A stretch of DNA of 64,000 nucleotides from Rhynchopus sp. YZ270_cl-10. Its lineage: Eukaryota. The notes under the pieces are model-generated. The model saw only the letters and a list, made by a program, of their open reading frames with translations. It searched no databases and was not told the DNA's origin. The DNA lies in assembly GCA_964035575.1 (NCBI GenBank), contig OZ037838.1, positions 372,001 through 436,000 of the forward strand. Direction: 5' to 3'. This document shows positions 23,792-35,025 of this stretch, one piece after another. The position numbers were made by a program, and so were the translations under genes. The stretch's first letter is position 1. Each line of letters opens with the position of its first letter.

Positions 23792-26702
23792 TCATGTATC
23801 TGCAACCGACAAGACAGGCTCAAGCTTATACTCCGTCTCGCACACCGCCCTTGCTGCAGTGCAGTGTTTCTCGAACTCCGCTCTGTCAGTGTCGCCAAGC
23901 TTCTCCGCCACAGCAGCAGCGTCGTCCCACTGTGCTGCGAAGACATGCACCATGGCAGCGTTGTAGCACTCATAGGGGTTTGCTGCGGCGCATTTGTCCA
24001 GCTGGTACATCCACTCCTCGTTCTGGGTCTCCATCTCCTCACGCAGCTCGCTCAGGACTAGTTTCGCACGGAACTTTGGATACGACACACAGGCGACAGT
24101 CTTCGAGTAGAAGGCATTCGCAACAGGTGAGTGCGTGATGTTGTCGTGCAGGATCGTTGTGCCGTACGTTTTGTTCAGTCTCTCGAGTGCGTGCAGCCAC
24201 GGCACACACCCGCCAAGGAAGGTGTACTTCTTCATGCCTTCGCAGCCCATGTTCCCGCACCGCACCTCTGCACAGACGAAGGCCATCGAGAGTGTCCACT
24301 TCTGTGCCAACAGCGTCTTGTGAGTGCGCACCCTGTGCGAGAACTTCGCTGCCTGCAGCTTCGCCGAGCTGCAGTGGCGTGCACCGTTCCAGTGCGTCAA
24401 GACACGGTCGCCTGAGAATCCGTCGTTCACACCGTTGTATGCGTGCGTGATGGACAGCACCGTGCTCAGGTACTCCGTGTGGCGTGCCTGCATCTCGCCA
24501 GTCGGCAACTCACGTGAGGCTTCAAAGAAGCCACGCACGTTCACCACGGAAAGGGCCACCTTCTTTTGGTCAAGCTTCTGCATGGTGAGGAACTGGTGCT
24601 GTGCAGTGGGTGACGCAGGTACGGAGCCATTGCTGCGGCTCTTGCGCGATGCTTGCGTCTTGTCGTCCAAGTCGCTCTCATCCTCCGTCTCAGTCTCAGT
24701 CCGCGACACATCCTCAACCAGCACAGAGGCAGGCATGTAGTTGCGGTACTCCTTCAGGTTGCGAAGCATCTGCAGGAACGACGTCTGCATGTGTCCCACC
24801 TCCTCGATGTTGCTGATGGCACGTGTCTCATCCACCTGCGACAGGTTCATCACAGCCACACGCGCCATCTCCTCCTGCAGCTGTACCAAAGGTGCGACAA
24901 TGCGGAGGACCAGCATCAGTGCCAGCAGCATCAGCAGCACACTTGCAACCACAACAGTCACAACAAGGATGATGCGAGAACGCACAAGCTTCTCATCCAC
25001 GCTGTCAACCTCGTCACGGATGCGCTCCTGTGCAGCAAGTGTGCTCCGGTCAATGTCGCCAAGTATGTACTCTCGGTCGAGGGTGACCACCAGCCACCAG
25101 TCCACACCGTAGCCGTCGTTCACACGTTGCACTCTGTGTTGTGGTGTGGTGTCATTCATTGGGACAAAAGCTACGCAGCAAAGACACAAACTGGAAGAGA
25201 AACAAAGCATGCCACCTCACACATACCTCAAGAAGAACTGCTCCTCAGTCCCGTTGACGGAGATCGAGTACTCGTAAATGGTCTTGTTCGCCATCGCCTC
25301 GTAGCGCCCGTCGACAGCGTGAATGTGTCGGGCGGTGGAGCTGATGATCTCGTCCGTTTCACATCGGGAAGTTGGGAGGCGACCATAGTCGCCGGGTCAT
25401 AAGCGTGCCCGCTGTGATGTGGTGGTTCAGTTTACCTGGGGTGTTCGTGTTGACTAAATCAGGCTGCTTTACATGATCCTCACCACACCATTGTTACCAA
25501 CTTTTACGTGAGGGACCACTTGCGGTCAACCAGCATTGCTATCACTTTGATAGATGCGAACCTTGTTTCTGATGTGAACTGAACAAGCTACATTCCAAGA
25601 AGTACCTCTTCTTGCTTGAGCGCTGCAGAATAAAACGAAACAGAAAAAGAAACACATACTCTCCGTGCGAAACTGCAGTCAGAATGTACTTCTGGTTGAA
25701 GTCTGGGATACCCGACACATCATACATCCAGTCACTATTCACAGACGTGTACAGCCTTCCCTTTGACGTGGTCCCTCCCTTCCCGAGCTTCAGACGCCCC
25801 AGCTCACGTGAAATGGCACGCACGTCAAGACCGTTCATGACAGCACCAAGACGCACACCGTTTGCAGTCTCGTGTGACCATGTGCCCATCATCAAGATAA
25901 CGATGTACGGCGGTATAGGGAAGAGAGGACTCCACCGCACACCAGCCTCACCATGCACCTGCAAGAAGTCAGTTAAGGAATATACGTCTTTCTGGTCGTA
26001 CTTCCATGTTACGCAGCGAGGTGACGGCTGTGCACCGTTCGTTTCGAATGCCCTGCCGTCATGCGTGCATCCCATCTGCAGCCCATCCGTTGATCGGTAC
26101 GTCGAGTTCTCTGGAGCAAGAAACTGACCTGTGTAAGGATCTGCCGTGCCGATGATAGTGCGTATCGCTGTCGGTGCACCTGCCTCAGCATCGTAGTCGC
26201 TGCCGTTGTTCCTATCCGCCATGTAGTGATGGTACCCGCCAACTGGGTTCGAAATCGTGCGAAAGTCTTCAAACATCGTGACACCCTGTCCCTTGTGCCC
26301 GATCAAGGAAACAGCAGTTGCCCCCATACCATTGAACATACGCAGCTCGTTTATCACTGAGGAACTCTTCTCGTCCATGAACGCCCACGACTCAGTCACC
26401 TCCGGTGGGAACGAACCCATCTCAGCAGCCAGCTTCTGCGTCCGGACACGGTGCACGGAAAGGAAGTTGACAATGATCTGCGACGCTCCCTCCTGCACAG
26501 ACGTCAGGTAGTCCTCCAGTGCTGCCCGCAAGGACGCGTCCCCGGTGCCAAAGCATTGGTCAGCAGTGCTCTCAACGAGCGTGTTTGTGTCGGCCAGTGC
26601 ATCGTCGGCACTCGTGATGCTCATCACCATGCACACCACGGCTGTGATCACAATGCAGGCTAGCGCAAGCAGGATGTTCAGGTTCCGCAACGACACTTTC
26701 AT
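23792..26702 (-). CDS. Receptor-type TM-extracellular-TM-HAMP-class III nucleotide cyclase-like protein, 3 exons (26702-25660, 25411-25227, 25133-23792); apparent 1-nt frameshift in exon 2
   Basis: N-terminal TM, a second TM (IILVVTVVVASVLLMLLALMLVL), HAMP (APLVQLQEEMARVA..EEVGHMQTSF) and cyclase fold (VVNVRGF, FSGDRV, CGNMG..KYTFLG). Both introns are GTATGT...ACAG. Exon 2 is 185 nt between two phase-2 junctions. Confidence 0.8.
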
Positions 26703-28786
26703 CTTCGCTGAAAGTCCTCTTCGGGTGGTGGGGTGGGTGGTGGTTGGGTGGAGTGTTGGTGTCGAGGAGTGGAAGTAAAGACAGAAAAATGGCCTTTTTT
26801 TCATAAATAATCTATCACACTGAACAGTTGCTAGTCTTGTCTAAGGGGATGGGAGGCTCTTTTTTGTCACATCGACAATCCAGAAGAGGTGCTCAAATAC
26901 TGTGCTGTATCGAAAATACATAGACCAGAATAATTATGGGGCGTTTTGGAATTTTTGTTCAATGGGGGCTCCCTAAAACATGTTAAAAAAGCGCAAAAAA
27001 GTTCAAAAAGTGTTTTTTACCTTTGCCAAAACTGAGATACAAAGGGGAAAAAAATGTTTTTCCCCAGCAAAAACTGAGAAATAGCCGGGAAAAAAATGTT
27101 TTCGAATGTTTTAGTGACCCTCGGACTACGGACCCTCCCGCCCCACTTTCCAGCTATTTTGACTTATAGAAAGGGACTCTCGCAAATTTTTTTTCCCGCC
27201 TATATAGGGCTAATTTCGACGATTTGAGGCCGTTAAAACCAGAATTTGACACTTTTGAGCATCTGTGGGGGTCTAAAACGTGGTTTCGCGCCCGAAATTT
27301 CGTGGTTTTTACTTAGGAAAATGCCCATTTCAACCCAAATTTTCGGTTTTTCTGGCCCGAAAGTCCAAAAAAAAAGCGCCGGGGGGCTTTGCCCCCCAAA
27401 CCCCCCAGACCCCCCTATGCAATTGGGGGCCTGCGGCGCAGTTCGGAGCTCTAGGTCATACCGAACCTGAATTTTAAATGTAGATGTTATAGTGCTCGCA
27501 GCGCTATTCCTTGCCATCATGCGGCATCAGACCTCATGCAGGAGAACACTACGGTGTCCAGCATCGGCAGTGCGTACACATTGCTGCAGGATTTTATCGA
27601 CGTGACGTGGAACGCGGACGACGTCTGGCATTTAGGGTTCAGTACAAGTGTGAGCAGTGCGAACGCACTAACGATTTTGCGACGAGGCGGAAGCGATTCC
27701 TTTCTCCTCTCCCCGGTGCAGGGTGGATCCTTCTTTTCGCTGAAAATCCGAGATTTTTTTTCGTTTTATTTTTCTCTCCCGTTTTTGAGATTTTTCCGCG
27801 CAGGCCTGATGCTAGCTGTCAGGTTTTTAGGAAATCGTGGGGGGGTTGATGGTTTGTCCGCGAGCGCAGCACCGTCTGAAAAGAAAAACGAACAAGCAGG
27901 TTGGGACCTGTACTGAGGCAGAATAGTGGTGTTTTTTTACACATCTCAGCTGTCGCAGAACTAAACCCCAGGGGAATATAGGTTTTGGTGGTTTTCGCTG
28001 AAATTCGGTCATTACTCGGTCGAGCCCAACCCAGCTCGTTCGGGGACTCCGGCAGAATGTGAGAATTCCTCGGTTATCCTACTGCGGAGTTCGACACTAC
28101 ATTGATATTTGCACTGGGCACACGCAGTATCAGTAATCTAAATACATTTACAAAAGAAACGGCGGTCATGGCACCCATGGCGAAGCCACGGTACGCAACA
28201 TTTCTAAAAATTGCGCTCAAAATTGCACGTTTTTAGTGCCAAACTATGTCACGCGAAGTGTGGGTTGCAAGCTTGCGCCCAAGGCGCACGGTGCGCTACT
28301 TTTATTCTCTCGCCATACTGCATCCTTCCTTTTCCTTCGGCGTTTGACCCCAATTAAATCGCGTTCTGTCTGTGACCCTTGTCGGACACTGCGCCCTCTG
28401 ATAAGAGTAATACTTTCTAGAAACATTCTGAACTCTGTTTTTGACACACAATCGGGGTGGGTGGGCCATAATTTGCTCAACCAGTCGAAAAATTGGGATT
28501 TTTCTGAAATTTGCATTGTGCCCAGCAAAAATCGTCGTTTTTTTGAAGAATTTTCCAAAAAATATGCTATACCCCCTATGACTGGACCCAACTCCCCTCA
28601 CTATTTTTCCCCTCTTTTTTGACCCAGAAACCACACGCTTTTTGAACCTTTTTATGAGGTGGGCGACCTGTGGCAGGCAAACAAGAGAAAATCAGCAACA
28701 GGGCTGAAAGGGGAGTTTCTTGGGGGTACACTGGGGTGTACTGAGTTATATTGATGATGACCACCCTCCCGTCCCCTGGTCACACA

Positions 28787-29890
28787 TCAGTCACTGTTGT
28801 TTGGGTACAGATGTCTTGTAACAATGACGCCATCTGAGTGCATAACCATGACAACACGTGAACACGGAGATATCGCAAAGGGCCCATCCTCGGTGTGCGT
28901 CATCACGTGCACACGGGACATGGTCGCCACATCATACTGGTGCAGCACGTGTGTAGTCCTCACCACAAGGTACTTCCCACACGGGGTGAACTGCATGTCC
29001 CTGGCTTTCCCACCCACATCAACACTGCGAAGAGCCGCACCACTCCAATCAAAGAGGTGCACGGTGTTGTCCACGGTATTTTGCACCCCCATAGCAAAGA
29101 CAGAGGCAGACCGTGAAAGCGCCACTAGCCACTCTGGCCCCGGCATATCCGGCATACACACCACAGCTTCACCTGTGTTCACATCCCACAGACGAAGATC
29201 GTATTGCTCCTCGGAGGAGATGATCACCCACCCACCACAGTGTGACACTGCCGTGTGCCAGTACCCTTCGACCTCGTGCGAGAGAGAGCGGAGCAACGTC
29301 AGGTCTTCGTCATACACAGAGACGCCGTCTCTGCCCTCAGAGACAACAACACTGCCACACGCGAAGACTGCGTACGAAGGGCCGTCGACTTTGCGGACCA
29401 CCTCTCCACCCGGAAGTGCAACCTCGAGAAGGTGATACACACATGCCAAGTAGCAGCGTGTCTTGCACTGCGAGATGGCAGGCGCACCGTGCACACTATG
29501 GGGTATGTTGAACTCAAAGACACGGGCAAAGGTTTCTGTGTCCAAGCCAACAACATGCCTACTCAAGTCACTATAGATGCAGAGCGTTCCACAACGCGAC
29601 AGCGAGAACACTACGCGCGTCGATGACTTCTTGAAATTGTACTCAGCAGGACACTTGATGTCGGCAAAGCGAGGGCGGGCAAGCACAACCTGCACCCCTG
29701 CATGAAACGCAGTGTCCTGCAGACGGCACGTCCCCTCCAGCACCTGCGTGCCGATGCGCATCTCAACAGACGCAGGCGAGACAGCAAGCGCCGTGCACGC
29801 AACCTCCTTTGCCGCTGCAACGTCCGCCTCGCACGGCACCTCCACTGTCGCAGTCACGCCTGACTCTTCCAGCACAAACGTCACATCCAT
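28787..29890 (-). CDS. UBL-WD40 propeller family, copy 7
   Basis: Intact paralog. 5' flank shared with the copy at 46880-48061. Confidence 0.9.
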   Translation of the reverse strand: MDVTFVLEESGVTATVEVPCEADVAAAKEVACTALAVSPASVEMRIGTQVLEGTCRLQDTAFHAGVQVVLARPRFADIKCPAEYNFKKSSTRVVFSLSRCGTLCIYSDLSRHVVGLDTETFARVFEFNIPHSVHGAPAISQCKTRCYLACVYHLLEVALPGGEVVRKVDGPSYAVFACGSVVVSEGRDGVSVYDEDLTLLRSLSHEVEGYWHTAVSHCGGWVIISSEEQYDLRLWDVNTGEAVVCMPDMPGPEWLVALSRSASVFAMGVQNTVDNTVHLFDWSGAALRSVDVGGKARDMQFTPCGKYLVVRTTHVLHQYDVATMSRVHVMTHTEDGPFAISPCSRVVMVMHSDGVIVTRHLYPNNSD

Positions 29891-30466
29891 TGTTTTATTT
29901 GCCAGTACTCCTTTGCGTTTAAAAGAACCCCCAAACCCTCCCTGACCCACTAAACCAAACCTGCTGTACTGATAAAGTGTGGGGGGAAGAGAAGCGTGAG
30001 GAGCATGGCAATCTTCGTGTATTGGTGTGTTCGGAATCAGACGGGGAAATGTGGAAATCGGGAGTGGTGTAGGAATTTTCTGGTTTGAGGGGCCCTCCGC
30101 TTATTCCTCACCTTCCCTGATACAATGAAGAGGCTGCACTGAACACCAACTTCCACAATGCAGGCACTTCACCCAAAATGAAAATAATTCTCCACCATTC
30201 ACGCTCTTCGGGGTAAAGGGTCTGATGGTGGGGGAAAGAAGGGGGCGAAGATGATGAATTATCAGAGGATTGTGAGACGGCGAACCTCGTGGACAATGAG
30301 TTCGAGAGTCGTGGACGTGATACTTATTAGCGTCGACAACGTCGCACGCATCTCAAAATCTTACGTACACTCTCTGTTGATTCTAAAACGGGGGAGGGTA
30401 AAAAAGGCGTGAAAGGTAAATTGGGGAAGAGGTATATGTCACAAGTGTCATGTCACCGAAAAATTA

Positions 30467-30580
30467 TACTCAGCAGGACACTTGATGTCGGCAAAGCGAG
30501 GGCAGGCAAGCACACCCTGCACCCCTGCACCCTTCACCAAACGTCTCCCACCATGAGACAACGACACTGCCACACATACG
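30467..30580 (-). pseudogene. Scrambled micro-fragments of the UBL-WD40 family
   Basis: 30467-30531 matches the UBL/linker junction (VLACPRFADIKCPAEY). ~30541-30576 resembles a blade-3 segment. The two pieces are in non-native order. Confidence 0.65.
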
Positions 30581-30610
30581 TAATGAAACCGTAGAGGCGG
30601 CTTTCACCCT

Positions 30611-31714
30611 TTAGACCAACACAACATCAACAGATTTGCCTGACACGTGAAAGAGCCACTGACCGCACCTGCTCAGGACCACGCCAAATTCCTCACCAGA
30701 GCCGCCGTGGGTTATTGTGCGGAGAAGGGCGCCGGTTTGCAGCGACCAGAGGAAGATGTGCACTTCGCTGCACACAGCAAGAACTTTGCCTGAGGAGGAG
30801 ACAGAGACGTCGGAGAGAACGCTGTTGTGTGTTGCGGTCAGGTCGTGCAGGAGGGCTTGCGTGGACACGTCCCAGACCCGCACCTTCCCGTGGGCACCGC
30901 ATGCGACTGCCACACTACCATCCTCGGACAACGACGAAAAATACACATCATCCCCCAAATCGAACGACCCCGTGCACACCCCTGTCCGGTAATTCCAGAA
31001 CGCCACCGCCTGCCTGGTCTTCTCAATCAAGACCGAATCGTGCGTTACCGGCAGGTTGTACCCCCCCGCACACTCCACATGGGTCCATTCATGCACGACA
31101 CTGCCCGACTCTGCCTCATACACCTTCAGGATCGGGTTTGCAACTGAAAGGATATAACGACCACACGGAGCCCACCCTACCAGCAGTTCTGGTTCGGGAT
31201 CTGGGTGGCCTCCGGGCAGGGAGAGCTCTCGTTGGGTGCCTGAGGGGATGTGGTGGACATGGATGGTCAGGTCGACGTTGCTGCTTGCGACGTATTGGCT
31301 GCATGGGGAGAAGACCGGGGTGGCGTAGGTGGTGCCGGTGAGGGTGGTGAGGAGGGTGTGTGTCTCGGTGCTGTGGATGAAGGTGTTTTCATCATCGCAT
31401 ACGACGGCAACGTAGCGTGTGCACGGAGACACCACCAGGAAGATGCACTTTCCCTCCACAGCAAAGCTGCCGGTCTGCACCGCTGCAGCACGTTGCACCA
31501 AATCCACGTTGTCTCCACCTTCCAGAGCGGTCTCGCTGACTCGTGTCGCGTCGCCCAGGTCCACATCGCAGCCCACCGCACGCAGCGACAACCACGTGGC
31601 ATCACATCGAAGGTCCAATGCTGCTATAATGTGCTGTTTTAGTTGCAGGATCGTGTCGTCGTGCGAGACACCCACCACGCAGGAGTTCTCGTTGTAGTGC
31701 CCTACCACCTCCAT
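30611..31714 (-). CDS. Divergent UBL-WD40 propeller protein
   Basis: UBL-like N-terminus (DDTILQLKQHI..LGDATRVSETAL) then WD40 blades (VSPCTRY, FSPCSQY, WAPCGRY, VRVWDVST, IFLWSLQTG). Confidence 0.85.
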   Translation of the reverse strand: MEVVGHYNENSCVVGVSHDDTILQLKQHIIAALDLRCDATWLSLRAVGCDVDLGDATRVSETALEGGDNVDLVQRAAAVQTGSFAVEGKCIFLVVSPCTRYVAVVCDDENTFIHSTETHTLLTTLTGTTYATPVFSPCSQYVASSNVDLTIHVHHIPSGTQRELSLPGGHPDPEPELLVGWAPCGRYILSVANPILKVYEAESGSVVHEWTHVECAGGYNLPVTHDSVLIEKTRQAVAFWNYRTGVCTGSFDLGDDVYFSSLSEDGSVAVACGAHGKVRVWDVSTQALLHDLTATHNSVLSDVSVSSSGKVLAVCSEVHIFLWSLQTGALLRTITHGGSGEEFGVVLSRCGQWLFHVSGKSVDVVLV

Positions 31715-32472
31715 GTGTAGGTGACAACAACAGAATCAAAGCTGTGGCTATCAGGGGGTAGAAAGAGAAAGGCAGGGCAATCAGCAGCTTGTGCGTTTGG
31801 TTGCCTTGTTCTTAAGAAAAGGAGGGGGGGTCTGTGTGAGGCTGATGTGGGCGGGGTTTGAAAAAAGAGAAGTTCGCAAAAGAAAGTTGACTTGAAATAC
31901 AACAGCCACAGTGCACCTAGGTACAATAACCAGCTGTACCAAGGTGGACACCCAACCGTGCAGGCTAGGACTGCATCCATTTTGTGGCGCATCTGATATG
32001 CGCTTCCATTCATCAGCCAGATGAAAGGGGATCATTGCGAACACAGGGACGCGAATCTTGTGTGATGTAGGGTCCGGCTGGGGCCCCGTTTCGCAGTGTG
32101 GGAAAATAATAAAACCTACATTCTCGAACTTTTCTACTGACGTGATTTTCATTGGACGCATCCCCCAAAAGAGCACAAAAGCACAAGAGCACAAGCAAAG
32201 GGCAATGAAAGGAAAACAATGAACATTAAACAAGCTAGAAAAGAGACAGTATATATTTCCGAACACACACATACACACTATTCAAATCATTCAATCCGAA
32301 AGAGCCCAATCATTTCGGGTTGTATTATTTCCGTACAAACCGTACGCGTACCGCTTCGTATGTTTGTATACAAGAGGCTAAATAAAAAAAGAATACAGTC
32401 CAAATAAGCGTGGCCAAATAAGGTTGGGGGAATTTTCGGTACTTTGCAGCCTTTTGTAGCCCACACACTGCA

Positions 32473-32678
32473 TCAAACCCCAGCTCTCTGCGCAACTCTC
32501 TGCAGGAGTGTGTGTGACGCGTCTCCAGTGGATCCACCTGGGACAACACCGTTTGTTAAGGCGAGAGGCGTGCAGCCGTCGTCTGCGAAGACAAGGTGTG
32601 GACGCTCCCTTCGTGTGAACGTTGTGCTGGTCCCGTCGGTGTGGTCAACATGGTTAGTGTATGCCAGACCGGAGTAGG
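32473..32678 (-). pseudogene. Orphan 3'-terminal exon resembling the C-terminus of GH43-like five-bladed propeller proteins
   Basis: YSGLAYTNHVDHTDGTSTTFTRRERPHLVFADDGCTPLALTNGV..SHTLLQ. Preceded by a candidate ACAG acceptor. No upstream exons visible. Confidence 0.45.
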
Positions 32679-32761
32679 CTGTCCGCAGGGGTGTGGGTGC
32701 TTTTGAGGATCTTCCTGTGTTTTGCATTGGGACCTTGGGTTATCATCATAACCACTCTCAC

Positions 32762-33895
32762 TCACTGTTTGTGTGGGTACAGACGTCGTGACACAATGAC
32801 GCCATTTTGTTGCATAACCAAAACAACACGCGAACACGGCGATATCGCAAAGGACACACCTGATCGTTGAGGTATCACACGCACACAGGACATGGTCGCC
32901 ACATCATACTGGTGCAGGTGTACGAAGTAATCATCGGTAACCGCATCATTGTCATCTCCGTCATCATCCTCAGATTCCAGAACAACTACCCTCACCACAA
33001 GGTACTTCCCACACGGGGTGAACTGCACGTCTTCGACATAACTACCCACATCAACACTGCGAAGAGCCGCACCACTCCAGTCATAGAGGTGCACGGTGTT
33101 GTCCGCCCCCACAGCAAAGACAGAGGCACACCGTGAAAGCGCCACTCTACACCACACCACCGCAGGCACACATGCCACAGCTTCACCTGTGTTCACATCC
33201 CACAGACGTACGTTCTTCTCCTTCTCAGAGGAGGTGATGACCCACCCACAGTCCGACAGTGCCGCTTTCGCACACCGGTCGTGTATGAGAGAATCAAGCA
33301 ACGTCAGGTCTTCGTCATACACAGAGACGCCGTCTGAGCTGCGTGAGAGAACAACACTACCACACGCTAACACTGAGTGCGAGGAGCCGTCGACTTTGCG
33401 GACCACCTCCCCACCCGGAAGCACAACCTCGAGAAGCCAATCCCCACACGCCAGGTAGCAGCGTGTCTTGCACTGCGAGATGGCAGGCGGACCACGCACA
33501 ATATGGGGTATGTTGAACTCAAAGACACGGGCAAAGGTTTCTGTGTCCAAACCAACAACATTCTTATCACAAACATAGATGCAGAGCGTTCCACAACGCG
33601 ACAGCGAAATCCTTGAGTTCTTCGATGACGGCTTTAAATTCTTCTTAGCAGGACACTTGATGTCGGCAAAGCGAGGGCAGGCAAGCACAACCTGCACCCC
33701 TGCATCAAACGCAGTGTCCTGCAGACGGCACGTCCCCTCCAGCACCTGCGTGCCGATGCGCATCTCGACAGACGCAGGCGAGACAGCAAGCGCCGTGCAC
33801 GCAACCTCCTTTGCCGCTGCAACGTCCGCCTCGCACGGCACCTCCACTGTCGCAGTCACGCCTGACTCTTCCAGCACAAAGGTCACATCCATCAT
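32762..33895 (-). CDS. UBL-WD40 propeller family, copy 8
   Basis: Intact paralog with a long acidic loop in blade 6. Confidence 0.9.
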   Translation of the reverse strand: MMDVTFVLEESGVTATVEVPCEADVAAAKEVACTALAVSPASVEMRIGTQVLEGTCRLQDTAFDAGVQVVLACPRFADIKCPAKKNLKPSSKNSRISLSRCGTLCIYVCDKNVVGLDTETFARVFEFNIPHIVRGPPAISQCKTRCYLACGDWLLEVVLPGGEVVRKVDGSSHSVLACGSVVLSRSSDGVSVYDEDLTLLDSLIHDRCAKAALSDCGWVITSSEKEKNVRLWDVNTGEAVACVPAVVWCRVALSRCASVFAVGADNTVHLYDWSGAALRSVDVGSYVEDVQFTPCGKYLVVRVVVLESEDDDGDDNDAVTDDYFVHLHQYDVATMSCVRVIPQRSGVSFAISPCSRVVLVMQQNGVIVSRRLYPHKQ

Positions 33896-34695
33896 TGTTT
33901 TGCGTTGCTTCGTGAGAAGGTGCAAATCAGCACGTTTGCTCCACCACAAACGCAGGGGGTGATGAGGTGGGTGGGGGAGAGGTGTTGTTCTGTGTTGCAT
34001 GTTTGTGGTGGTTCTCGTTGTGAGAGGTGACTGAAGCAAGGTGCTGAAACGAATGGAAAATGACACTCAACATCGCGATCTGTCACCCACACGAGAGCAC
34101 CGCATGGGCAGTGTGATGGGACGGGAGGGATGTCTCTCTGTGGGCGTAGACAGGTATCAAAAGGGAGGTAGGGAGTGCGGGTGTGGTGTGCAAGAGACAA
34201 CAAACAGGTCGGGGAGAGGTCTTGTTTTGTCTTTATCGCGCAGCATCAGCTGCGTGGGTTCCCACAAGTTTGTTGTCAGGGTTGATGCCATTTCCCTATC
34301 GGGAGTTCGTAATGTTGGCACGTACGATGTAGTGTTCGAGCATGAGCATGGTGTAGCGCGGGTACGTGAATTGGGCGACGAAAAAGATCGGGTCTTTTGT
34401 TTGTGCGCTCAAAGCCGGGAAAACAAAAAGGTGAAAAAATGTGTTAAACTGAAGTACGGTTGTTGTGGTTAATTGAGTACTCAAAGAAAACAAGCAAGCT
34501 TCTGTTTTTTTCAATCCGTTTTGTTTGCCCTGCAGCGCTGCCTCCAATTTTTTTAGAATTGACAACAAGTTGTTTTATCAAAAAAAAGCTTGAAAACACA
34601 AGTCATTCGCAGCAAAAATCCAAATAACGGTGTTTTTTGGGTACTTTCAGTTTGCACCACCCCCCCACCGGGGTCCCCCCCCACGGTCCCCCCCA

Positions 34696-35009
34696 CACCA
34701 CGACCTAGTATGGGCAATGACAAGGGGGTATGACTAGTTACATGACAAGACTAAAAAATGACAAGACCCCCCCCTGTCAAATGACAAGACCCCCCTTGTC
34801 AAATGACAAGACCCCCCCTGTCAAATGACAGGGCCAAACGCCACGTATTTTACACAGGAGCCTTGTCATTTGACAAGGGGGAAGTCTTGTCATTTGACAG
34901 GGGGGGTCTTGTCAAATGACAGGGGGGGTCTTGTCATTTGACAAGGGGGGTCTTGTCATTTTTTAGTCTTGTCATGTAACTAGTCATGGGTGGTAACTAG
35001 GTCGTGGTG
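34696..35009. mobile_element. CAC...GTG-ended MITE with internal inverted arrays of tgtcaaatgaca units
   Basis: Outer TIR caccacgacctagt/actaggtcgtggtg. Inner long IR 34730-34987. Possible 2 bp CA duplication. Sits 16 bp beyond the stop of the next gene. Confidence 0.75.
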
Positions 35010-35025
35010 CACCCCTCGCGAAACA

